DNA from: Asterionella formosa
Lineage: Eukaryota
NCBI GenBank assembly: GCA_002256025.1
Contig: NKIB01014788.1
Location: forward strand, 1 to 40,573
Length of the DNA stretch: 40,573 nucleotides
Direction: 5' to 3'
Below are positions 23,396 through 34,659 of this stretch, piece after piece (the stretch's first letter is position 1; each line of letters opens with the position of its first letter). The position numbers were made by a program, and so were the translations under genes. A model generated the notes under the pieces. It was given only the letters and a program-made list of their open reading frames with translations. It made no database searches and was not told the DNA's origin.

Positions 23396-24027
23396 TTTTT
23401 AAATTAGTTGATCAACCTTCGGGAAATTAGTTCAATGAACTTGAGAAAATTTTGTGAAGGAGATTATAGAATTATATGAATACAATTATAGAATTATGTG
23501 AACGAATCAGAGAATTACTTGAAGTATTATATAAATTACGTCAAGTATATCAAATAATTATATGAAGATGCATGGTGCTGATCACGTCATATAGTGATGG
23601 TCATGAATGCATGCATGATACTCTGATGAAATAATTGAGGTGATGTGCGTATTCAAATAATATATTGATATATTCAAGTAAAATTTTTGATGTATTCAAC
23701 TAATTCATGTGATGCATTGTTATAAATAAATCAACTAGGTTTATTTACGTGAAGGTCACTTCATGTAATACGCGGCTTAGATGTGGAGAACTACTACCAT
23801 GTGGCAGCACTGGACGTGTAAGTACTACTATCAATGAGATCTGGAACATCTCAGCACATATTTTCATATTTTCGGATCTTACTACTCAGAATAATGAACC
23901 AAAGAAGGCCAAGCACCAGACCTCGAGCAGAGTACAGAGTTATTTGTAAGTCTCTAGATAAGGATTTAGTAAAGCTTGTTCTAAACAACATTTTCAGAGA
24001 ACTAGAAGCTACAAAGGCTAGCTAAGA

Positions 24028-24959
24028 ATGGAGGAGCTTTACCATATGATGCTATCATCACTAGCTAGATTAGTGGCAAACAAAGTCGGCACAATAACAT
24101 GGCTAACAAAAGACATGGTGAAGCGCCATTTGTTGAAGAAATAGAACAACGACAACAAGAATCTCCTAGGAGTAGGGGTTGAAATTCTACAGTGCTATTG
24201 TTGGATTGTTCCCCGCCCAGCAGAACGAATTTAAACTAGGAGCACACTAACCTTTGCAACCAGAGCCTCCACTACGGCATCCACTTTTACACCAGTTACA
24301 TTTAGCTCAGATGAAAACAGCAGCGTGAGAAATAATAATCTAGCAAATAGACCTGAACAGCATGAGACTCAAACAAACACAACTTGCCTGTGAGAAACAA
24401 GGGGGGACGAGTACAAATGAAAATAGTGCTGTTTTTGAGACCACGCAACTTCCTCCAGAATAACCAGGAGCAAGTGGTCGGCATCAATCTTGATCAGATG
24501 GCTCGCTTAGGAAAGAAGTCGGCGCCATTGACGATCGCGCAACATAAAAGGTATATGGCAGATCTTCATGTGGCGGCTGGGCGCTTTAAACTGGGAACGA
24601 AAACAATGGACGATATGACCAGGAGGAAAAGAAGAGCAGAGGATAAGGAGATTGAGAAAGCGAATAAGAAAGTTATGGAACATGCAGCAACATTGAACAA
24701 GGTGCAAGCGATCAGCAGAGGGCTTAACAAACAGCCACATGAATAGAAGGTGGTGCAAACAAAAACAATGGCGTTGTGGTACAAACAAATTGGCGATGCG
24801 CCATTACCTGCAACAAAACAACTACTGCTTATCAGCTATATCGTTGATACAAGGGGATGTGGTAATGCACCAGTCCCAGTTGCCAGAGCCATACTACTGC
24901 CACCAGTAGCCTCCTCAGCTGAAGAGGACAACAAGGATGAAGTTTTGGTGATGGAATAG
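24028..24959 (+). pseudogene. Degenerate, probably internally deleted transposon-derived coding remnant
   Basis: Protein-like segments broken by stops (WLTKDMVKRHL; AGRFKLG..; same-frame PHE*KVVQTKTMALWYKQIGDAPLPATKQLLL) with AT-rich flanks. No catalytic motif is seen. Confidence 0.35.
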
Positions 24960-25668
24960 TGATTTATGTGTTTGCACAATAAATTGATGTTAGTTGACAC
25001 AAGAAATTTGAGAAAATACGGAAAACGAGGTAATATTTTCTAACCGTTTATCATTAAATAATAAGTATACATGACGAAAAATATATGAATGGCTGAAGAC
25101 CACTGAAATGCAAAATGAATGACTTAAAAAGTTCGATATCGTAAGATAAATACTTTAAATTGTTAAAATGATTCATTTATCTTCTAGTACTTGCATGCAG
25201 TTGTCGACCTGGCTTGGCTGAACATCTTTCTAATTTTAGTCCAAAAACGGGGTGATTATCACACCATAGTGGGCGGTCTTAAACTGACACTCCGTACCTT
25301 TACGTCACCATCTAAACCTATCTACAGCGTCATCACACATGTAAAAATGCTGCCTATATTTGGAGGTACCTGGTACCAGGTACCAGGTACCAGTACAAAC
25401 CAGCACCAGTTATAATTATTGTTCTTGACACCAATGTGGAGCGACTAATTTATGCAGAGGGATGTGGAATTATTATATACGCGGATACATATTAAGAGCT
25501 TTACGGCAATGCATACGGTATTCATTTTCACCACAAGCAACGAACCAAATCCTTCCTCGCTCTACTATCATGTACTAGCCTTTTCATGATATTCCAAACC
25601 AAACTCTCCTTGCTTGCGAACAATCATCTATTGAAAGAGTCAACTTATAACCTACGCGCTAAAGGACC

Positions 25669-26595
25669 ATGAGAAGAAACAATTCATCCTTGAACCCCTC
25701 GGTGAATTTACAGGACTACGGAAACATAAACCTGAAGGATTTGGGCAGCGAGGACGCCTCCTCTAATCGTGAGAAAATACCCTGATTCAGTTTGTGTAGT
25801 GCGTCATGTCATCAGTGACAATTCCTCAAACGCTAACCCATCGCCACCTCATACAACACAACAGCATCGGCCCGTACCGCAGTCAAACGAGGTTCCATCT
25901 TTTCCGGATTTAACATGGGAGCCATGTTGGAAGATGAATTGGTCGACAGCAAGAAGAAAGCCCAGGGCCTTCCGACACCCACGTCAATGCTCCGAAACCC
26001 CTCCGGCCACATGATAACCGAGCAAGGTGTTGCACAGCAAGTCATCAATGACGATGTTCAATGGAAGAAACTGCAGGCCGAAATGAAAGAAAAGGGAGCT
26101 GTAAGTGGCATGTCGTTGAAACAGAATTTAAATGGCTTACTCCAAGGTCGAGCGAAGGAATTACCGTCGCAAGTGAGACGAGCGTCGGCGTCTGCGGTGC
26201 CGAATAAACGGCGAACGAGTTATATTGCCGATTTTGCTACCTCGCTGATTTTGGGAGAAGGGGAACACGAACCAGCTCGACGCATGTCGATGCAAACACC
26301 AGTGCAACTGAGTGCACCAAATCCGGGGCGCCGCTTTTCTTCGTTTTTTGCTGATTCGCCATCCACCAACATCACTGCTAGGGAAGACCAAGACAAGAGC
26401 ATACGTCAAAATTATAATGGCGCTTCTTCCTTGGCGCCCGTAATTGATCTGTCCAATCTAACAACGCAATTTGAACAGCCTCAGAAATGGAATGAACGTG
26501 GCTCTGTAGCAAGAACTTTGTCCATTTCCAGCCATGTCATTCACGAAGATTTTGACTCAGATGATGATTCAGACGAAGATGACAAAATATCATGA
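25669..26595 (+). CDS. Unknown protein, 2 exons (25669-25768, 25865-26595), ~276 aa, Ser/Arg-rich
   Basis: A 96-bp intron (GTGAGA...CTAAC...CAACAG) joins ATG 25669 in frame to the 226-aa ORF. It has several RRxS motifs and an acidic tail. Confidence 0.75.
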
Positions 26596-27157
26596 TTTTT
26601 TCTGGAAGGATTGAAAGGATAGTGGGTGCAAAAGTCCAAGAAAAAGTGAAGTTGTTTGGTGAACTTATTAATGAAGAAAACTGTTCTCTCATGTCTGTAG
26701 TTCCTTGCAAGGCAAGCACAAACGAGTGAAGCTGTATGGTAAACTAATCAACAAAGAAATTTCCCCTCAAATATATAGATTCCTTGCAAGGCAAGCAAAT
26801 AAATGTGGTTTTGTAAGCAACCTAGCAGTTTCATGTTACATTTGTCAGATTTGTCTTTGTTGACCAATTTGATTGATTGCAATTGTAGAGGGATTGATTG
26901 CAATTGTAGAGGAATGCAAGAAACAACGAATTTGCGCAAATAGGGTCTTTACCTGCTAGATCAAACAGTTTTGACCTCCAGTTTCAACTACTGATACTTC
27001 AGATTCTAGCTTGAAATTGGTCTGATGAGAACCCACACAATTGGACTATGTTATATATACATTGCATTGAAGACAAACCTACTGTTTAGCATTATTATTA
27101 GTCTAGGAGTCTAGCAAATATCAATTGCAATAAATGATATAATATTTCTTGGCAGCA

Positions 27158-28693
27158 CTATGTCAATTTGTACTTGTCAAGCATTGCAACTGCCTTTTTC
27201 ACAGCATCCTGTAATGAATAAGCCCTTGCCATCATGCTTCTGTCTTCATCCTTGCACCCATCCCAACTCGAAAAAGCCACACTCAATGTATTTGTTAACT
27301 TGTTAGAAACTTGATCCAAGTACACAAAGGGTATTCCTGATAGATAAGATAAAATTGCAGCATGGAGTCGATCACAAATGACAATTGATCCCATGGACAA
27401 GAGTTCCACTGATGTTTTATCAAATAGCTTATTTGTTGTCCTGAATATATCCAGACGATCTCTCCAGTCTACCATTCTAAATGTCAAACCTCTGGCAGGA
27501 GGAGAATATTTGTCCAACATTTGTTGAATGGTTTTCCGATTGTGGTCCCTGCTTGATACTTTGGATTCATAATCGTTTCTCAAGAACACAACAATATCAA
27601 CTATTTGCCAGTAATTTCGAGGTCTAATAGGTTCAAAGGGTCCAAGCTGAAATGCAATGTCAGGAACAAGTTTGTTGGTGACAAAAGGATACAATCGTTT
27701 GGCTTCTTCATATGATCCCTCCTCTCGCCATGTGAAGATCAATTTGGACTGTGCCAATAAAAGTGAAGCTGCAGAATCTAGCTCTTTCACATTCAAACCT
27801 TGCATAATGGACGAGATAATCATTTGAGTTTGCTGTTCTTGCATAGTAATATTTTTGTAATACATAGACTGAGGCATTCCAATAACAGTAAAACCTGAGC
27901 GAAGCAGATCCCTAAAGGATTCAATACGAGGCCACTGGGCATCAATCCAAAGGTCACCCCAATTCCCACCAGCGTGCCATAGGGCAATGTTGGATGTTTT
28001 AGCCATTTCGTAGATATTCATCCTACAGGAGGGAGCTTTGAAGTTGGCTTGTACATAATGGCATTCCAAGATGGATTTGTTTTTCCAACCACTGTTTTGT
28101 AAAAATGATTGCTCCCCTACAGTCAACATGTTGTCACCTATGATAAAAAGGTGTTCATTAAGTTAATCATACAGCCGTTAGCAAACATGTTTTCGTGTAA
28201 GCAATGCACACACCTCGAGTTTTCAAATGAATTTACCAACATTGTCATGATAGGCGGGATCAACCAAGAGAATTGAGGGAAACGATGAATTCACTGTCAT
28301 TTGTACCAATCCCAATAGGGCGTCATCTTGCACCTTTCGAATGGCCTTGATACACTCATGGCGAATCGCAATCGCGATTTGAAAATGAGTATTATTAGTA
28401 AAATCTACGGCCCTTCGATGCTTCAGCATGAGGACTTTCGTTTGTCGTCGATCTCGCAGCAAGATATAGCACCCAAGGAGGAGGATCATGAGATTAGCAA
28501 ACTCGTGCTTGGAACCTCGTGTCACTTTCTTCAGGATCCAGCCAGCCAGCATTCGGATACTGGGCTTGTTTGACTTCTTGTGACCATGGTCTGTTTCGAG
28601 CTGATCATTGTTGATTATTGACGCCGACAAAAATGGCGCCTGTGAGGACTCGATTTGTCTGGCCCTGATTGCAGCTCTCAGATGGGCACTCAT
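27158..28693 (-). CDS. Polysaccharide pyruvyl transferase family protein, 2 exons (28693-28237, 28137-27158)
   Basis: A 99-bp intron (28236-28138) restores YHDNVGDNML (NxGD). Also GGNWGDLW, PQS, WRE..S, VPDIAF, DRLHAAIL and an N-terminal TM segment. Confidence 0.88.
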
Positions 28694-30101
28694 ATTGGCT
28701 ATGAAAACATTTATCAAAATCAAATGCTTTACACCAGCACGGAGGAGTGATCAATCCATTGTTCTCCTTCTTTCTCAGAGCGTGCGATCAATCAAAAGAA
28801 AAAATACGATTTCTTTCATTTTTGTCAGCCGACCCTGGATGCCGATGATGCGGCTACCTGACTTGTTTACTAACTATTTTAGCTACCAGGTACCGGTAGA
28901 CTACATAGTACATACGGTGTAGCAGTGATACTCCACCTGTTAGTACCTGGTACCTGGTACTTCTTGGTGGTCAGTACCAGGGTACTGGGACTGTACCGGT
29001 ATCAGGAGCGGTACTCCTTCTGCCATATGGTTCAGTGTGAAGTCAATGTACATAGACACTAAATAACGGTTATTACATTAGTCCAAACAATTCCTTGCTG
29101 TTCTTGTTATGGTGTCGCTATGCATGTGTTCTACATACCGGTAAGCCAATCGGAATCCGTATCCCTAAACCTTCAAGAAGGTGAACAAAATCCAAAATTC
29201 GTGCGTTGGCCGCTACATAGATAGGGTACCGGGGTACCGGTATTGTATTTGGTATACATGCAGGATGAAAAGAAGTGACTCTCATCCTTTCACTGCCTTG
29301 ATGTTACATGACATCACGCAGAAAATCGACGATTCCTCTTTCGTCTTTTACTGAAGCTCACTCTCGTTGTTAGAGGTAAGACGATTCTGCTATTCTGAAT
29401 GAAAAGAGAGTAGAAGGAATGAAACACTTTGTTAATTTGAGACGAAAAGACTGCGTGTTCAACGTGATGGTTTCCAATCGCTGCCTACACGTAGAATGAG
29501 TACGGAGTACCTTGAACAAGAACGGATCTGTGGGCTCTTTACCTATTGGCTATTTTGTCAAATGGATCCAATGGAACAGTTTTCTTTCCTTTTTTCGTGG
29601 ATGGAGCAGCTTTCTCTTTGCAAGTTGCCGTTGCTTGTCAGCAGGGAAAGGACCTCACATTTTCGAAAGGCGGGGAGGCTTTCAGATTGGTCAATTCGTT
29701 GTGTCTGCGATTTGTTCTTTCTGACGAAGGACTCTCCTGTCGTTGTCCGTTTTTCCTCGTCCGTTCTTCGCCGCTTTTCTCGATGTATCATGTACGTCCA
29801 CACGTCATTGTCTCTCTTCTATTAGACTTGGCGCTTGGTTCATGGATCGCGGGTTTCTGGAGCTTGCGAAAGGAGTTCAAACATCAGTTGACAGTCCTTA
29901 AATCATCCCAGACGCCCGCGGAACAACACGTGTGTCAACTGCGAATTATTTAGCTGAATGAAAAAACCATGCCTATGGACGTCATGTATTTTCGAGATGC
30001 TTGTTTGATGGGATTCGTCAGCATTCGTTTTGACTATTAGAATTTCATTTATTAACAATTAATCGTTGTCCCGTCTCTATATAGCGACTGGCTCTAACGC
30101 C

Positions 30102-31550
30102 ATGACAACAATCTCCACTATGCAATCATTTACGCAGCCAGTTTTCGCCAGTGCCAACTGTGAAAGTCAGTATAATAATGCTCCAACAACATCATGGGGC
30201 GGGTCTGACAATGGTGCCGATGGGTTTGACTTCGACCTGTTGGCCGAATATCTTCTAGATGATGGGTCAGCTCCTAGTGCATACACAGGAAACATGCCAA
30301 CTTTTGATTTCAAGTGAGTATTTCTCAGGAACTGATTCTCTGGTTTTCATCCGACACCATTCTCACTCAAATCGTGATCGTATGGTCGTTTTGCCACATA
30401 AAGTATTGACCCTGGTTTAACCTCTGGTGTCGTTTCACCCGAACAAAGTGATGACGGCATGCCTATGATTTCGCCAGAAGGGCAACTGGCACCTGGATCA
30501 TACCAAACCACACAGCTTTTAGCTCCATCTCAGTCTGCATATTATCAACCCTCGTATGCTCCACAAGCCCCGCAGCCAATGCAACCACCAGCCACTTTGG
30601 GCCATACTGCTTTGCTGGCATTGCCTGCGTACCAACCTACCGATATGCATACTCCAATAATGCCTCCTGTGGCCAGCACTGCTGCCGTGGCAGCTGCGGT
30701 GGCTGGAAACAAAAGGCGTCGTGTGGATGCTCCAGTGATGCCTCCTCGAGCCCCAGCGTCTCTTGTCAATCAAGGACATGCGATGGCAATGGCAGTTCGC
30801 GGCAGACAAAAATCGCAAGCTCAGGTAGATCGTCGCCGAGAGAGAAACCGTATCTTGGCACGACGAACACGTCTCCGAAAGAAGTTCTTCTTTGAGGGTC
30901 TCCAAAAGGAAGTTACCGACTTGCAACTTGAAAATGCTGCTCTCAAGGAAATTGCCAAAAATGAACTCCCTGAAGAGCAGTCCAAGCAGCTACTGGAAGA
31001 CTGCAAAGCTATGGACAACCTGCCAGAGGGCATTGCTGAAGCATGCAACGAAGGTTTGGATCTTGATTCTCAAGATTTTAGCCTTGTTCGAAGTATACAA
31101 AGATCCCAGCGGTGCTTTATTATCACGGATCCAAGTCTTCAAGACAACCCCATTGTCTATGCCTCAGATGATTTCTTGTCTCTTACTGAATACAAGAGAG
31201 AAGAAGTATTGGGACGTAACTGTCGCTTCCTGCAAGGTACTGAGACTAGTACGCACAAGTTAGAAGAAGTACGCAAGGCTATCGCGAATGGAGAAGACGT
31301 TAGTGTTACAATGATCAACTACACGGCAAACGGTACCGCATTCTGGAACAAACTTTTTATAGCTGCCCTCAGAGACGCACACAATAACATTGTAAATTTC
31401 ATTGGCGTTATCGTGAAGGTCGCACACCCTGATCCCGAAGATCCCGAGTCTGGCAAGCGATTGCCAGGCGAGCAATCAACTGGCTCTGACGAAGACGACG
31501 ACGGGGATTTCGACGACGCTGCCATGGGATTCGACTCTCATGACATGTGA
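30102..31550 (+). CDS. AUREO2: Aureochrome (bZIP-LOV), AUREO2-type, 2 exons (30102-30313, 30404-31550), ~452 aa
   Basis: bZIP RRRERNRILARRTRLRKK and LOV domain with GRNCRFLQG. The ending FIGVIVKV lacks the usual Gln, as I recall for diatom AUREO2. The 90-bp GTGAGT...AAG intron is in frame. Confidence 0.9.
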
Positions 31551-31934
31551 GGATAAATGGCGATAAAAATCACACCACACTCGAGATGCAACAGGTTTGG
31601 TACACCAGACGCACAAAGCAATCAAAATCAGCGAGTACCATTCTATTTATTATAAAACAATTGTGACCTAACTCATGCTAAAGAAGGGAGTTGTGAAACC
31701 TATGAACACATTTTCTGATCTTTGCATTGAAAGCGCAGTCTTCGTTACTGGATTTTCTCGATTGTTTTCTTACCCCTAATGCAAAGCGAACAGTCATAGT
31801 CTGTAGCATCAATGTGGAACTCTGTAGAAGAGTCAAAACGAGTGTGCAATGAAAACTAATTCTTTGTTCGGGGTATTGGGGCAGAACTTCGTTTTTCTAG
31901 AAATATGGCGAATGCATCGATGCTGTATTCTTCG

Positions 31935-33666
31935 TTACAAAGGTGTCCTACCATCACAGAGAATCAAATTGAAAGGGGATGGAGAACCAGGGTGACTGAG
32001 ACTATTAAAGGTTGGAGAGCCGTTGCGGGCCACGCACGAAGCATGAGCCCTCCTATCACAACCACGCAGTCCGCATTGACACGACTTCATCATTCCAGAA
32101 GCCGCTTTGGAGCAAATTGAACAAATTGACGACTTGGGAGTACAAGACGCGGTAGACACATCTCTGGCAGGTGTCAAGGGTGGAATGTAAAATGGCTTTC
32201 GATGGTCAGGAGTATCCTTCTTTGTGGAAGCTGGAGCTTCCTCAATAGGTGGTGGATACATGAGTGACGTTGCATCCTTTAGGCGACGTTCGAGATTGGT
32301 AATTCGAATCTTTAGCTGAGTAACTTGTTTCTCGCAAGAGTTCTTCTCCGATCGAAGGTGCTGCACCTCCTCGTCGTGGCTAGCTGCCTTTACACGCAGG
32401 CTTTGACACTCACGTTCAGCATTCCCCAAAGACTCGTGTAAACGTTGCTGCTCATGTCGAGACTTGTCTTGCATATCACGTATACCCTCATGCAAAGATG
32501 TATTCTCTTTCTGTAGCTCCTGAATAGTGCCTTTCAAAACAGAAGTCGTTGTTTCCGTTTCTGCTGCAGTACTGGCAGCATCCACCAACGTGGATCGAGC
32601 TTCACGTAGTTCCTTTTCTACCATGGACGAGCGATCTTTGCGTGCTTGCTCCACTGCGTCACGTCCCTGTATATCCCTTTTTGAATGACTCAATTCTTGC
32701 AAGTAACATTCTAGCTTCGACTCCAACTGCTTTCGTTCGTCCTCCGCCGACTTTGCTTTGAGTCTCAACTTTTCTTGTTCTTCCACTAATTGCTTCCGCT
32801 CTTTCTGAGATCTGTAAAATTCTGTCTCTCTTTGTAGCAACTTAGTTTCCAGTGATCTAGCTGCCTGCGAGATAAGCTCATGTTCTTGGTACAAGCTTTC
32901 TGTTGCTCTCTTGGTTTCATCCACGACGGACCGGAGCGATTCCAGCTGAGTGGCCAATGACGACGCGTAGGATTCGGCCGCATCTGCGTCACATCGAGCC
33001 GAGGCCGAATTTTGACCAGCAATACGAAGGGCATCTGTCACCCGTTCCATACGATCATTCGATGCCGCAGTGGACTCGCGAAGGGATGTATTTGCCACGG
33101 TTAACGCAGTCAGGCTGGCTTGTGCATCTTGGAGTTTCTGATTTGGATGATTCAAATGAGAAGAAACAGCAACAATGTGAGCAGATGAAATAATATTTGA
33201 GAGAAATCTAACTACCTGCACTCTCATTCACCTTTTGTAGCAGAATACATTCTGCAGTCTTCTCTTTTGCCAAATCAGCCGCATGAGCTCCAGCGTCCAT
33301 AAATCTCGCGCGTTTGGTGGGCGTTGAGTCGTCATCATCCTCGTCAAGAATATCTTCCAACAAAGGACGCTTCCTAGCTTCCCTTCCATCAATACACGCT
33401 ACCAGCTGCAATGCGTCTTCCACAAAGTTTTTGAGACGACTGCCTTTGCGAACAAAGTCATCCCACGCATTGTTGTTGACAGAATAATTCTGTTTTGGTG
33501 ATGGCGGGAGGTTTTGTGACTGCTCGTTTCTCGAAATCGGAGGAGACAGCTGGCGTGGACCTTCTTCCTCCGAACTGGAATCATCTGGATCTGGAAGTTT
33601 AATGTCCTGAAAAGTTATATTTGGCTGCATAGAAGCTAAGGACAACGATTCTGTTCCGCTGTCCAT
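31935..33666 (-). CDS. Long coiled-coil protein with a C-terminal Cys/His (PHD/RING-like) zinc finger, 2 exons (33666-33232, 33137-31935), ~545 aa
   Basis: 94-bp GTGAAT...AATCAG intron in frame. Heptad-rich E/K/R/L region followed by CSIC...CQC...C...HASC...C. Confidence 0.8.
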
Positions 33667-34659
33667 TTCAGTGGTGACCCGGTCAGGAGAAATGGTCGGA
33701 AAACAATGTTCGTTTCGAAGTTAAGGAAATAACCAATGAGAGGGAGAGAGATTACTCGCCCTGCTTGCTCGTCTACTTGAATAGGAGCAATGGTAATGAG
33801 CGAGGCAGCAGATTATGATGGATTCAGGGTTTATGTGATTATGTGATAAATATAGTGTTACCTAGTAGTTTCAGATTGACGAAGCCATCACTTTGAAATC
33901 ACGTCGGAAGCAAGAATGAAGCGCAAATGCATCATATACTAGGTATGATTTTCAGGAAATGACTTCGACTTAGATCAGAAAATTCCTACTACCGGTATGA
34001 ATTTCAGGAAATGACTACATATATGACTTCCAGGAAACGTAAGGAAAAGCTTAAAGAAAATCGCACTGTCGCATGATGTATGTTGAACAGTATCTAACGG
34101 ATCGAGGTACCTGGTACCTGGTATGCTGTTCAGTGTTCACCACTCGCTCGTTTTTGCAACACTGGAAGAATCTAATTATTTACTTCTTTAAATCGTGGAA
34201 TGAAGTGAAGACGTTCTTTACATATGACGATTTATGCGCTTGTCCGTCGCGACCTTGCTGTCCGTTTCAGGATAATGACCGCAATTTCCTGATTTTTGTA
34301 CCCACTCTTGTGGACATATCTAAATAATTAAAACTGTCATTGTACCAGATGCCAAGTACCTCTTGTTGTACATATTGATGATAGGAATATCATACTGAAA
34401 CCATACAAGTAGAAAATGAGAAGGACAACGAATGAGAACAATTATGCTGAAACTGCACAGAGCGACAAAAATCGTTGGTAAACTGCACAGAGAAAGATCT
34501 GCACGCCTTTGGTTTAAAATGTGTCGAAATCCTCGCCGATGCCGCAGCAACCTACCGGTAGGTACTATTTTTCAAAAGGTACCTTACAGTTGCGTTTTTG
34601 AAGGCAAGTGTAAACAACAACAGCTCCTCTTTCTTTCTCTCTGCATCTTGTTGATGATA

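Noticed and set aside
26700..26912. Short direct repeats TTCCTTGCAAGGCAAGCA and GATTGATTGCAATTGTAGAGG
   Set aside because: Simple local slippage duplications in 3' intergenic DNA.
29496..29953. Overlapping 70-135 aa ORFs upstream of the aureochrome
   Set aside because: No recognisable motifs; more likely UTR, intron or promoter.
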